Positions 31,195-41,414 are shown, numbered from the stretch's first letter. The stretch is DNA of 64,000 nt from Promethearchaeota archaeon (GCA_048937405.1 JBHLNF010000002.1:320001-384000); one strand, 5' to 3'. Notes: generated by a model not told the origin, from the letters alone. Translations and numbers: made by a program.

Positions 31195-31707
31195 ATGAAA
31201 GCTCTTCCAGCAGATAAGACGTGCATAAAATCTGGCTTTTTATGTTCTAACTGTCAAGCTAGACTTGATACAGAAGAAATAACAGAATTTGAGTTAGATT
31301 TGGCAAGAGATCTTATGCAATTAGAGGAAGAAGATGAACGGTTTGCTTTTTTAAGAGATGTTTCTTTTTACAAAGCTATTGATTATGAAGATGTTGTAAT
31401 TCTCGTAGTGGCGAAAAAAGATAAATTAATAATAAGTCAAGAACTAATAGATTGGATAAAAGAAACATATGAGATAGATGAAATAATTTTAGTAGAGAAA
31501 ACTAATAAACCACGTCCAGTAGTAGAAGCATTAATTAATCCCTATAAATTAATATCGTTAAATGAAATATTTCTGGCTACCGGAGATATTCAATTTAGAG
31601 CTGTACTCTGGGAAGATGATAAAAAATATTTTTTATTTACACAAGAAGAACTTGAACAACTTATTTTTGAATTAACAGGAAATATTACCCGAGTTGAATT
31701 TCAATAA
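31195..31707 (+). CDS. Archaeal NusA-like KH/zinc protein
   Basis: CIKSGFLCSNC N-terminal motif; adjacent to pth2 and truD. Confidence 0.65.
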   Translation: MKALPADKTCIKSGFLCSNCQARLDTEEITEFELDLARDLMQLEEEDERFAFLRDVSFYKAIDYEDVVILVVAKKDKLIISQELIDWIKETYEIDEIILVEKTNKPRPVVEALINPYKLISLNEIFLATGDIQFRAVLWEDDKKYFLFTQEELEQLIFELTGNITRVEFQ

Positions 31708-31721
31708 TTAGTAATGTTTAA

Positions 31722-32111
31722 TTGTCAAATTTCTTACTAATAGATAGATTTACTGTGGAAGAATATAAACAAGTAATTTTAGTTAGAACGGATCTTAAAA
31801 TGGGGACTGGTAAAAAATGTGCCCAATCGTGTCATGCGAGTGTTTCCGCTTCAGATCTGGTGAGAATTAAAAATAAACCTGCCTGGAAGAATTGGAAGAA
31901 TTCTGGTCAGAAAAAGGTTGTTTTAAAAATACAAAATATGGACCAATTTAAAGACGTTGTAATCAAACTTGAATCAAGTAAGATACCATATTTCATTGTG
32001 AATGATGCGGGATTAACTCAATTAGCTCCAGGAACAACAACAGCGATTGGTATTGGTCCTGTATTATCAACAGAAATTGATAAAATAACAGGAGATTTAA
32101 AATTATTATAA
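31722..32111 (+). CDS. pth2: Peptidyl-tRNA hydrolase Pth2
   Basis: [23 protein letters not shown] and GIGP motifs. Confidence 0.95.
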   Translation: MSNFLLIDRFTVEEYKQVILVRTDLKMGTGKKCAQSCHASVSASDLVRIKNKPAWKNWKNSGQKKVVLKIQNMDQFKDVVIKLESSKIPYFIVNDAGLTQLAPGTTTAIGIGPVLSTEIDKITGDLKLL

Positions 32112-32134
32112 TAGTAAAACTATAGGCTACTAAT

Positions 32135-33520
32135 GTGTCTGAGTTAGAAGCAGCTTCTTATTCTTTTAAGGAAAATAATGAAAGAGAAGTAGAGAAATTT
32201 GTAGGAATTCACGCATATGCAACTCAAAAGATGAGTTCTATAGGAGGAGAATATAAAAAAATCTATAAGGATTTTATTGTAAAAGAAGTTGGTGCTTATG
32301 GTAAAATCCTCGACCTTAAAGAGGATTCTAAAAGTCATAAATATTCCGAAGAATTGAAAGACAAGTATACAACCTTTAACTTAGTAAAAATAAATAAAGA
32401 TACATTTGAAGCATTAAGAAATATTAGTAGAGATTTAAATGTTCCTTATGATCTTTTTAGTTATTCTGGATTAAAAGATAAATTTTCAATTTCAGTTCAA
32501 AAAATTTCCATTAAAGGAGATTTTGTGGAAAAATTAAAAAAAGTAAAGATTCAAGATATTTTCATTAGAAATATTACTCCTACTAAAAAACCTGTTAAAG
32601 TAGGAAGTCATTGGGGCAATCATTTTACAATTGTTTTACGAAATATAGAGAATAATAAGAACTTAAAAAACAAATTAGAGAACTATGTAAATTACTTGAC
32701 TGATTTTGGTTTTCCAAACTATTTTGGGCTTCAAAGATTTGGTAGTTATAGACCAAACTCACACATTGTTGGACGTTTTCTTTTAGAGGGTAAATTCAAG
32801 AATACATTTGAAGAATTAGTCACTAAAACATACTCAACGGAATCTATAGAATCAAGACAAGCGAGGAAACATTTAGAAAAAACAGGAAATCTAAAAAAAG
32901 CATTCAAAGAATTTCCTAATAATCTAAATTATGAGAAAAAAATGATTAAATATTTGCTTGACAATCCTGAAGATTATGAAGGAAGTGTTAATACACTCTC
33001 AACTGATTTGAAAAAGCTCTTAATTAGTTCTTTTCAATCATATCTATTTAACAGGATGCTTTCAAAAAGAATTGAAGAAGGTTTTTCTTTATTTAAACCA
33101 ATAAAAGGGGACGTTATCAGTATTTTAGACGATTTCAATGGAAATATTACACAGGTAAAATATATATATGGTAATGATTATGATAAATACTTAAATAAAG
33201 CAATAAGCTTGAATAGAGCTGTAATAATTTTACCTATCATTGGTACGAATACGAATTTAGATGAGTTCCCATTAATGAAATCACTTTACGAGAAAGTTCT
33301 AAATCAAGAAAATATTAACAAGAATATTTTTATTAATGCTATAATTCATGAACTGGAATTTAAAGGTTCAATTAGACCTATAACAATAAAACCAACTGGT
33401 TTAAAATTATTAGATTTCGATGATGATGATCTTTATCCTGGAAAGAAAAAGGTCAAGTTTGAGTTTTCTCTTCAAAAGGGAAGTTATGCTACAATGCTAA
33501 TCAGAGAAATTATTAAATAA
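32135..33520 (+). CDS. truD: tRNA pseudouridine(13) synthase TruD
   Basis: DFIVKE, GLKDK, GNHFTI, FPNYFGLQRFG and GSYAT motifs. Confidence 0.95.
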   Translation: MSELEAASYSFKENNEREVEKFVGIHAYATQKMSSIGGEYKKIYKDFIVKEVGAYGKILDLKEDSKSHKYSEELKDKYTTFNLVKINKDTFEALRNISRDLNVPYDLFSYSGLKDKFSISVQKISIKGDFVEKLKKVKIQDIFIRNITPTKKPVKVGSHWGNHFTIVLRNIENNKNLKNKLENYVNYLTDFGFPNYFGLQRFGSYRPNSHIVGRFLLEGKFKNTFEELVTKTYSTESIESRQARKHLEKTGNLKKAFKEFPNNLNYEKKMIKYLLDNPEDYEGSVNTLSTDLKKLLISSFQSYLFNRMLSKRIEEGFSLFKPIKGDVISILDDFNGNITQVKYIYGNDYDKYLNKAISLNRAVIILPIIGTNTNLDEFPLMKSLYEKVLNQENINKNIFINAIIHELEFKGSIRPITIKPTGLKLLDFDDDDLYPGKKKVKFEFSLQKGSYATMLIREIIK

Positions 33521-35000
33521 CACTGATAATAGATGATTTTATAGTTTCAATTCCAAAAATATCAATCATTTTGACTGAGATTTCATATTTCCCAGGTTCA
33601 GAATAATTATATATATTGGATACTAAAGAAATTTTTCTTTTTTTTGGAGTTCTATAAGTAAACCACATATTTTTAAAAATTTCATTTTGATAATTAAAAT
33701 CAATTGCCCAAAAGTCAATCCAGTCTGAATAAGATCCAATGTTTTCTTTTATTTTTTCTGATATAAAACCTTCGTAAGGAACTTTATAGTCAAGTAATTC
33801 CACTTTGATTTGTTTATCAATTTGATGTATTTTGTAGATGACATCAGGATATTTTTTCAATTCTATATTTTCTTCGACTTTGGCATCTTTATCTAATAAT
33901 ACCCTAGGAATAAATTGTCTTATTTCCTTTTTCTTGGTACTTAAAATTTTAAAGGAATTAGGATCTTTATTATAACTCTTTTTCCAATCTAATATATTAT
34001 TACTTTTAGCCAAATTAAGGATTCTTTTTCTTATCATATGAATAGCGTGCTTGTTTAAATCACATCCAATCCATCTTCTACCAAGCTTTTCTGCTACTGT
34101 GAGAGTTGTTCCTGAACCGCAGAAAAAATCAGCTACAAGATCATCCTTGTCTGAGGAGGCTAAAATAATTCTTCTTAAAAGACGTTCGGGTTTTTGAGTT
34201 GAAAAACCTTGATATTCCACAGTATTTGCTCTAACATAAGGAATATCATTCCATACATCTCTAGGAAAAATTCCTTCATTTTCAATATATACTTTTCTAG
34301 ATAACTTCTTTCCATTATGGCTCCCCCCTCTATAGTAAAATACACCCTTGGCATCTTTTTTCAGTGCATTCTTTACACGATCAGAAAATTCCTGATATAT
34401 TTTAGGATTATCATTAAAAATATAATTATTACTTTTGGAATAGAATAAAATAGTATCATAGGATCTAATAAAAAATCGTCTTGTTTTAACTGAGGCAGCT
34501 GGATAAGCCCAAATTATCTCATTCCGAAAATTCTCACTTCCGAAAATTTCATCCATTATTAATTTAACATAATGTGAAATGTGCCAATCTAAATGTAAAT
34601 ATATAGAACCTTTATCAGATAACAAATTTTTCATTACATAAAGTCTTTCATATAAGAAGGATAGATATGAAGTAATTCCCTCTTTCCACTTATCTTTATA
34701 GGCGACATTGTCAACAAAATTACCTTCTTCTCCTATTTGAATTTTAAGATTAAATTCTCCTCCTGTTGCAAAAGGAGGATCAATGTAGATAAGATTAATT
34801 TTATTTCCAAATGATTTCAACAGTGAATTCATAACTAATTTGTTGTTTCCCCAAATAAGCAGATTTTTCCACTCATCATCTAATTTGAATTCAGATTTGC
34901 TAGATGAATAAACATCAAGAACTTGAAATGGACTGGTATTTTGCATTTCTAATAGAATATCTTCTTCCTTTTTTTTTCCATTCCATTTCAAAACTACCAT
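33513..35000 (-). CDS. Site-specific DNA methyltransferase (beta class, type III Mod-like), orphan
   Basis: IYIDPPF, TQKPE and DFFCGSGTT motifs; ATG at 35000. Confidence 0.9.
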   Translation of the reverse strand: MVVLKWNGKKKEEDILLEMQNTSPFQVLDVYSSSKSEFKLDDEWKNLLIWGNNKLVMNSLLKSFGNKINLIYIDPPFATGGEFNLKIQIGEEGNFVDNVAYKDKWKEGITSYLSFLYERLYVMKNLLSDKGSIYLHLDWHISHYVKLIMDEIFGSENFRNEIIWAYPAASVKTRRFFIRSYDTILFYSKSNNYIFNDNPKIYQEFSDRVKNALKKDAKGVFYYRGGSHNGKKLSRKVYIENEGIFPRDVWNDIPYVRANTVEYQGFSTQKPERLLRRIILASSDKDDLVADFFCGSGTTLTVAEKLGRRWIGCDLNKHAIHMIRKRILNLAKSNNILDWKKSYNKDPNSFKILSTKKKEIRQFIPRVLLDKDAKVEENIELKKYPDVIYKIHQIDKQIKVELLDYKVPYEGFISEKIKENIGSYSDWIDFWAIDFNYQNEIFKNMWFTYRTPKKRKISLVSNIYNYSEPGKYEISVKMIDIFGIETIKSSIISVI

Positions 35001-35055
35001 GAATAATAGATAAGAAGGCAAAAATTTTATTGTTAATTTAATTTTTTAAAATTAT
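34968..35055. repeat. Direct repeat copy A (MTase start and upstream region)
   Basis: TTTTTTTCCATTCCATTTCAAAACTACCATGAATAATAGATAAGAAGGCAAAAATTTTATT matches 35882-35967. Confidence 0.85.
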
Positions 35056-35220
35056 TCTATAATATATAAAGAAGTGGAGCACTATTTTTAGTAATTAAAG
35101 CTTTTTTTTACTTAATATCCTAATCTGAAAGTTTTTGATATAAATTTATATATATGTTCTTATAAAGAATTCTTATTAGAAATCTAAAAAAATAAAACAA
35201 AAAAAAAGGAATGTTAAATA

Positions 35221-35832
35221 ATGGGTAATAATGGAGCAGCCTTAGGCATAATAGCTATAATTTTATGTGTAGGTGTTGGCGTATTTGTATTTTTCATATG
35301 GAATGGTCAAAATACAACTAATTCAGATGTAGATGATTTACAAGAACAAATTAATAATCTGGAATCAGATTTTAATAATTCGATAACAACTAAGTTTGTA
35401 GGGATATGGGATGATCTTGCAAGAAATATGGATTATTCTCCCCATAATTCATCCACGGATTGGCTTATAGAATTCCAAGATAATAATTTAACTAATCCTG
35501 AATATATATCTGTTTCAAATAATAATACTCGTGTTACCTTATTACAATCTGGTTGGTATCGAATACATCTCACTATTGCATTGACTAATCATTTTGGTGG
35601 TAGCTTTTACTGGATACATCTTTTGAAAGATGGTGTAGAAGATGAAAATTTCGATGCTTATTCAACATCAACATATACTCCTCCACTTCGTCATATTGAT
35701 TCATCAGTATTTATTTACAGTAATGGTACAAATTATATAGAAGTCAATCCAGTGACTACTGCTGTGGGTGGTTTATTAATTTGGTATTATGAAGTGATTC
35801 ATCAATTCATAATTGAATATGTAGCGAGTTAA
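35221..35832 (+). CDS. Membrane-anchored protein: N-terminal TM, short coiled coil, jelly-roll-like domain
   Basis: TM then DVDDLQEQINNLE; SGWYRIHL resembles C1q/TNF-like strands. Confidence 0.6.
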   Translation: MGNNGAALGIIAIILCVGVGVFVFFIWNGQNTTNSDVDDLQEQINNLESDFNNSITTKFVGIWDDLARNMDYSPHNSSTDWLIEFQDNNLTNPEYISVSNNNTRVTLLQSGWYRIHLTIALTNHFGGSFYWIHLLKDGVEDENFDAYSTSTYTPPLRHIDSSVFIYSNGTNYIEVNPVTTAVGGLLIWYYEVIHQFIIEYVAS

Positions 35833-35881
35833 CCATTCATGATTAAAAATTAACAATATTAGATTTTTAATCATTAAATCT

Positions 35882-35967
35882 CTTTTTTTTCCTTTCCATT
35901 TCAAAACTATCATGAATTATAGATAAGAAGATAAAAATTTTATTATTATTTTTATTTTTAAAATTAT
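35882..35967. repeat. Direct repeat copy B
   Basis: CTTTTTTTTCCTTTCCATTTCAAAACTATCATGAATTATAGATAAGAAGATAAAAATTTTATT. Confidence 0.85.
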
Positions 35968-36004
35968 ATTTTTTTTATAATATATTACATTATGTTGCGA
36001 GGAT

Positions 36005-37324
36005 ATGTTAGATAAACTAGGAGATTGGAGAAAAACACACTATACTAAAGATCTTACCTCAGATATGGTAGATAAAGAAGTTATTTTAGGAGGATGGGTC
36101 AGAAATTATAGAAATCTCGGGGGATTAAAATTTATCTCTTTACAAGATAAATATGGAGAACGCCAAATAACCTTAAAAAAGGGAGTTGTTTCTGATGAAT
36201 TATTTGAAAATACAAAAATCGGATATCAATACTGTTTGATGGTAAAAGGAATTGTAAAAGCATTTAAGGAAGCTCCAGGGGGTATTGAAATAATACCATC
36301 TGAAATTAAGCTATTAAATGCAACACCAGAGAAACTCCCTATAGATATGACTGGAGAAACTGTTTCTGAGTTGGATCTCAGATTAAACAATAGAGCATTA
36401 GATCTCAGATCCCTTAAAAATCAAGCTGTTTTTAGGATTAGGGGAGAAATGCTTAGATCGATTCGAGCATTTTTGTTTGAAAAAGATTTTACTGAGATTG
36501 CAACCCCCAAAATTATAGGATCTGCAACAGAGGGAGGTACAGAATTGTTTCCTATAATATATTTTGACAAAGAGGCATTTCTTACGCAATCTGCCCAATT
36601 ATACAAAGAACAATTAAGTGGAGTATATGAGAGAGTATTTGAAATAAGTGACTGTTTTAGAGCTGAAAAAAGTCGCACCAGAAGACATATTTGTGAGATC
36701 TTTACGTTAGATGTAGAAATGGCATTCTCCAAAATGGAAGATATTCTGAAAATATTGGAAGAAATAGTTCATAACGCTATTAGAGATATACGAAAGAATC
36801 AAATGACAGCTTTGGAATATTTAGAAATGGATGATAAGACGATTGTGCCAGAAATACCATTTCCAAGATATAAATATGAAGAAATTATTGAGTTACTAAA
36901 CACCAAATTTGAGATTGATATCGAATTTGGTGAAGATATTTCTACAGATGCATACCGAAAATTGGGGCAGGAATTAACAAGTTATTATTATATTACTCAT
37001 TGGCCAATGGAGATAAAACCATTTTATATTATGCCTTCAGAGAATCCAAAATACAGTGAATCTTTTGATTTGCAAAAAGGAATGCTAGAATTAACGTCTG
37101 GAGGAACCAGAGTTCATAATAAACAACAACTTATTAACGCTTTGGAAAAACAAGGGCTCAATCCAGCATCTTTTAAAACACATTTACAAGCATTTGATTA
37201 TGGGATGCCTCCGCATGCTGGTTTTGGATTAGGTATAGATAGATGGCTTACTATCATATGTGGACTAGATGATATTAGAGAAGCGGTTATGTATCCTCGA
37301 ACTCCAGATAGATTAACACCTTGA
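36005..37324 (+). CDS. aspS: Aspartate-tRNA ligase, archaeal type
   Basis: OB fold, EGGTELF, FRAEKS, YGMPPHAGFGLG and PRTPDRLTP. Confidence 0.97.
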   Translation: MLDKLGDWRKTHYTKDLTSDMVDKEVILGGWVRNYRNLGGLKFISLQDKYGERQITLKKGVVSDELFENTKIGYQYCLMVKGIVKAFKEAPGGIEIIPSEIKLLNATPEKLPIDMTGETVSELDLRLNNRALDLRSLKNQAVFRIRGEMLRSIRAFLFEKDFTEIATPKIIGSATEGGTELFPIIYFDKEAFLTQSAQLYKEQLSGVYERVFEISDCFRAEKSRTRRHICEIFTLDVEMAFSKMEDILKILEEIVHNAIRDIRKNQMTALEYLEMDDKTIVPEIPFPRYKYEEIIELLNTKFEIDIEFGEDISTDAYRKLGQELTSYYYITHWPMEIKPFYIMPSENPKYSESFDLQKGMLELTSGGTRVHNKQQLINALEKQGLNPASFKTHLQAFDYGMPPHAGFGLGIDRWLTIICGLDDIREAVMYPRTPDRLTP

Positions 37325-37354
37325 ACTATTTATTAAATTTAAAATTCTTAAATC

Positions 37355-38275
37355 ATGACTGAAAATAATTATATTCAAGATTATATAAAAGCGGGAAAAG
37401 GTGTAATTGCTGCTAAAAAGATGGCAAGGAAGATAACTAAGCCTGGGACCTCTTTTTTGGAAATTGCAAATAAATGTGAAGCTGAAATAATCAAAACTGG
37501 ATGTAATCTTTCTTTTCCCATTAATATGTCATTAAATGAAATTGCAGCCCATTACAGTCCTCCAATTGATGATCAAACAATAGTCCCAGATAAAGGATTA
37601 TTAAAAATCGATATCGGAGCACATTTTAATGGGTATATAGCAGATTCAGCATTCACCATCAATATAGATGAAGATCCTAAACTTCAGAACTATATTGAAG
37701 CCGCAAAAGAAGCTCTTGAAGCAGCAATTGAATTATTTAGACCTGGAACTAAATTATATGAACTAGGTGAAGTAATTGAGCGAAAAATTACAAGTCGAGG
37801 TTTAAAACCAATAAAAAATTTAGGTGGTCATGAATTAAAACGATACAATTTGCATGCTGGTCCGTTTATTCCAAACTATGAAGAAAAAGTTCATAACCAG
37901 GAACTCAAATTAGGAGATGCATATGCTTGTGAGCCTTTCACGACTTCTGGAGCAGGAAGAGTTGTTAATGGGGACCATGCTTATATATATCGTTTTTTAA
38001 AGAAGGTTAAGAAAAACATGTCTTATGAGCATTTAGGATATATGAACAATGTTGAAAATAGTTTTGGAAAGCTTCCTTTTTCACCACGATGGATTGAAAA
38101 GAATAATATAATCCCAAAAAGTAAAATTCAAAGAACACTTGAATTTTTTATAGGAAAAAAAATTTTAAGTAAATATCCTATTTTAGTTGAAGCTTTAAAA
38201 GAACCTGTAGCTCAAGAAGAGCATACCATTATTTTGGATTTAGAAGGGAACAAGATTGTCACAACTAAAAAATAA
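37355..38275 (+). CDS. map: Methionine aminopeptidase type II
   Basis: AAHY, KIDIGAH..GYIADSA, GHEL, EPF and EEHT motifs. Confidence 0.95.
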   Translation: MTENNYIQDYIKAGKGVIAAKKMARKITKPGTSFLEIANKCEAEIIKTGCNLSFPINMSLNEIAAHYSPPIDDQTIVPDKGLLKIDIGAHFNGYIADSAFTINIDEDPKLQNYIEAAKEALEAAIELFRPGTKLYELGEVIERKITSRGLKPIKNLGGHELKRYNLHAGPFIPNYEEKVHNQELKLGDAYACEPFTTSGAGRVVNGDHAYIYRFLKKVKKNMSYEHLGYMNNVENSFGKLPFSPRWIEKNNIIPKSKIQRTLEFFIGKKILSKYPILVEALKEPVAQEEHTIILDLEGNKIVTTKK

Positions 38276-39131
38276 TCTTAAAGAAAAACTAAGTGTTGTT
38301 ATTTTATGTGCGGGAGAGGGAAAAAGGCTTAAAAAAGTAACGAAAAGAAATCCTAAACCTTTATTAAAACTGGAAATTTTAGGACATAAAAGTATACTTC
38401 AAGATACTATTTTTAAATTTGAAAAATTAGGAATTGAGCAAATTGTAATTATCATTGGCCATTTAGGGTCAACTATCGTGGATTTTATTTCAAAATTATC
38501 AAAAAATAATGTTTCATTTCAAAATAAATTAATAGTAATTGATTCTAAAAATCGATATAAATTTGGACCATTATTTTCTTTTTTATCCATTACTAAGAAT
38601 AAAACAGTTTACAACGAAAAAAACAGTTATTTATTAATTCCTGGAGATACTATTTTTGATTTTAATTTATTAAAGTCAATTTTGAGTATAATTTCAGAAA
38701 ATACAAATTTACTTCATAAATATCCATTTGTTTTTTATCAAACTACAACTTTAAAGAGATTAAGAGAAATTCAACCTAAAAAAAAGATAATCTCTAATGC
38801 TGAACTTGACATTGAGGGTTCAGAAATTATATTAAAAAGGATTTCTCAAATAAAAATAAGAAGTAGTCATTTACAAGCGGAATTAAAGGAAACAATCCCT
38901 GTTTTTTACTTAAATTACGAAACTATAAATGAAATCTTAAATTTAAAGAAAGATCTTCCAATCACTACTGTATGGGAAGCATTGAATTATTTAATATCAA
39001 ACAAAAAGAGAGTTAATGCATATAAAGTTGAGAACAAATATCCTTATTTTGATATTGATACTAAATATGATTTGAAACTATTAAAAAAAGAAGAGGACAA
39101 TAGGTGCTCCGATTATTCAATGAATAATTGA
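38256..39131 (+). CDS. Sugar-phosphate nucleotidyltransferase-like protein
   Basis: ILCAGEGKRL...PKPLL and FDIDT. Confidence 0.8.
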   Translation: MSQLKNNLKEKLSVVILCAGEGKRLKKVTKRNPKPLLKLEILGHKSILQDTIFKFEKLGIEQIVIIIGHLGSTIVDFISKLSKNNVSFQNKLIVIDSKNRYKFGPLFSFLSITKNKTVYNEKNSYLLIPGDTIFDFNLLKSILSIISENTNLLHKYPFVFYQTTTLKRLREIQPKKKIISNAELDIEGSEIILKRISQIKIRSSHLQAELKETIPVFYLNYETINEILNLKKDLPITTVWEALNYLISNKKRVNAYKVENKYPYFDIDTKYDLKLLKKEEDNRCSDYSMNN

Positions 39132-39546
39132 TTCAGTGGAAATAACCAATAATCCTCCATTGAAGCAATTTAGTAATCAAAGCTCCTATTAAATTATTTA
39201 TTCTTTGTTTCGATTTATTGGTATTATGCTTAAAAGTCTCTTGTATCAACTAAATCTAACAAATATTCAACAAGAATTCTGTTTTTCTCATTTGATCATA
39301 TACCAAAATCGCAATAACGAATAGTACCATAAAATAATGCCCCAAAGTGCTGGATCAGAAATCATCTGGATATTACTCAATGTTTATAGCACTACAGGAA
39401 CAGGTGATTATAATGAATTAATTTTTTAAAGCTTTTACAGAATTTAATTTCTCATCAGAGTCTAAAAAAAAAAATATACCAGAAATTAATCGGTGTAAGA
39501 ACCGTAATTTAGTTTCTTTATCCAATGCAAAATATACCTATTGTCC
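39095..39546 (-). ncRNA. Candidate ~450-nt structured non-coding RNA
   Basis: 11-bp terminal inverted repeat GGACAATAGGT/ACCTATTGTCC; several long internal stems with G-U pairs on the minus strand; TATA upstream and T-tract downstream. Confidence 0.55.
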
Positions 39547-39569
39547 AGATAAACATATAACAATTTGAC

Positions 39570-39583
39570 TATTTAAATTTTGT
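39570..39583 (-). promoter_or_regulatory. BRE plus TATA box for the candidate ncRNA
   Basis: Minus strand ACAAAA-TTTAAATA; TATA 24-31 nt upstream of G39546. Confidence 0.45.
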
Positions 39584-39689
39584 TATTAAGACAAATAATC
39601 AGATCTTTGGATTTTTTGACAAAAATTGTATAGATTTAAGAAATAGATTAATATAATATAAATATCAGAAATTACATTATTTATAAAAT

Positions 39690-40064
39690 ATGTCTGTAGC
39701 TATAAAGATCAATTTATTTGGTATAGGTATTATTGAAGCGGATATTATTCGTCATATGGCACCTCTTACAGCAGATGCGGTTATTGATAAATTACCCTTT
39801 GTGCTAAGAGGGAGATTTAGTTTTGGTTCAAAGAAATATTGGACCTTACCAGGAATAGAAATATTTAAAGGAGCTAATTCAAAATCAACAGAAATAGTAG
39901 AAAAAGGTGATATTATATATAATCCTAAAACAGACGAATTTATAATTTCATTGGAAGATCAAGAAATACCAAATAAAGTAAATAAAATTGGGAAGGTTAC
40001 AGCTAACCTTGAAATATTGTTGCAAGCGAGAAATGGATTAAATACAAAAATAGTTAAAAAATAG
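39690..40064 (+). CDS. Cyclophilin-like fold protein (DUF369/TM1367-like)
   Basis: APLTADAVIDKLP, VEKGDIIY and VNKIGKV. Confidence 0.7.
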   Translation: MSVAIKINLFGIGIIEADIIRHMAPLTADAVIDKLPFVLRGRFSFGSKKYWTLPGIEIFKGANSKSTEIVEKGDIIYNPKTDEFIISLEDQEIPNKVNKIGKVTANLEILLQARNGLNTKIVKK

Positions 40065-40071
40065 TAGGAAT

Positions 40072-40905
40072 ATGGCAATTTCGAAAAATTTAACGATTGT
40101 TTTTGCAATAATTTATTTAATAGTTATTATTTACATATTTCTTTTTCTTTTTGTTCCTGATTTTCAAAATTTGGTTATAACTTCAAGACAAAATCTAATA
40201 GGAATCACTCAGGGATCTAATTTTTTTTGGGCTCTATTGATTTCTTTTGGAATTTGCTTTTTAGGATCAGCATCGATTGGATTTCCTGTACCTTTTCCGT
40301 TTGTATTATTTTCACTCTCAAATTCTGTATTTCTAAAATATGTTGATATGGGGTTAAGTATTAACCAAATTTTACAAACGGGTCCATTTTGGCTGGAAAT
40401 TCTTGCTCTTTCTCTAATAGGGGGATTAGGTAGTGTTTTGGGTGAATTCACTGGTTATGCTGTTGGTTATGGGGCAAAAAAAATCACAGATGAACGAAAT
40501 TCAGATTTATTAAATAATGTTAATGGATTTGGAAAATTAATTTTAAAAAATGAAAGAAGAACTCCACTATACATTTTTTTTTTTGCTTTAACACCCCTCC
40601 CTGATGATATTTTGTTTTTACCATTAGGTATGATTAAATATCCTTTTTGGAAATGCATTATTCCTGGATGGTTGGGCAAGAATTTTACTACCTTATTTTA
40701 TTGTATCTGGCCCATTTTTGTAGCAATTGGATTTATGTCTCAGGGGATTCAATCAAATGATAATTCCAGTATAATAACTGAAGCTATTTTATTACTAGTC
40801 ACAATTACTGTTATGTTTTTTATCATGTCTTTTAATTGGACCAAATTTCTTGAAAAGAGGAGCCAAAAAAGACTTAATAAAGAACAGGACTATAAAGTGA
40901 TGTGA
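40072..40905 (+). CDS. VTT/DedA (SNARE-associated) membrane protein
   Basis: GLGSVLGEFTGY and FALTPLPDD. Confidence 0.8.
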   Translation: MAISKNLTIVFAIIYLIVIIYIFLFLFVPDFQNLVITSRQNLIGITQGSNFFWALLISFGICFLGSASIGFPVPFPFVLFSLSNSVFLKYVDMGLSINQILQTGPFWLEILALSLIGGLGSVLGEFTGYAVGYGAKKITDERNSDLLNNVNGFGKLILKNERRTPLYIFFFALTPLPDDILFLPLGMIKYPFWKCIIPGWLGKNFTTLFYCIWPIFVAIGFMSQGIQSNDNSSIITEAILLLVTITVMFFIMSFNWTKFLEKRSQKRLNKEQDYKVM

Positions 40906-40913
40906 AACAAATC

Positions 40914-41084
40914 TTAACTTCCGTTTTCTAAGCAATTTTTGCAAACAAAAATGGTCTTTTCTTTTTTAGCCGATCGCTCATCATAATAAATTTGCTTATA
41001 TATGAAATTATTACAGATTTCACAAACCGCTGTAGTTCGAGTTTCATTCAACAAAGGACCCAAATGGTTAAATTTAGCTTTCAT
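40914..41084 (-). CDS. Small zinc-ribbon protein (absent from ORF track)
   Basis: MKAKFNHLGPLLNETRTTAVCEICNNFIYKQIYYDERSAKKEKTIFVCKNCLENGS; starts just after the Alba stop. Confidence 0.7.
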   Translation of the reverse strand: MKAKFNHLGPLLNETRTTAVCEICNNFIYKQIYYDERSAKKEKTIFVCKNCLENGS

Positions 41085-41087
41085 GAC

Positions 41088-41414
41088 TTATGTTGTTGAT
41101 TTTGTTTGAAGCGTAATTTCAATATTGGAAATAATATCTTTTTTTTTATTGTTACCCTTATTATTTTTACTGTAGTATCCCCGTTGTCTATTATCAATAT
41201 AGGGGCGACTTCCTAAAGAAACATTTGCAATTTCTATTCTAGGATACATTCGACTTTTTAAAATTTCAGCCACTTCTACTGCTGTACTGATTTCTTGACC
41301 TTCACCTTTTATCAATAACGATTTACTACCTCCTGAAAATGCAAAGATTGCGTCTTTAATTGACTTATCTTTATCATTTCTGTTTCTTATAATAATTTTA
41401 GTTTCATTGACCAT
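41088..41414 (-). CDS. Alba family nucleic-acid-binding protein (divergent)
   Basis: LLIKGEGQEISTAVEVAEI...ISNIEITL. Confidence 0.8.
   Translation of the reverse strand: MVNETKIIIRNRNDKDKSIKDAIFAFSGGSKSLLIKGEGQEISTAVEVAEILKSRMYPRIEIANVSLGSRPYIDNRQRGYYSKNNKGNNKKKDIISNIEITLQTKSTT

Noticed and set aside
39340-39460. Hammerhead-like CTGATGA, Alu-like CCAGCACTTTGGG, or SECIS reading within the candidate ncRNA
   Set aside because: The hammerhead GAAA core is not correctly placed, the Alu match is a short coincidence without SRP S-domain motifs, and no UGA-containing selenoprotein gene is adjacent.
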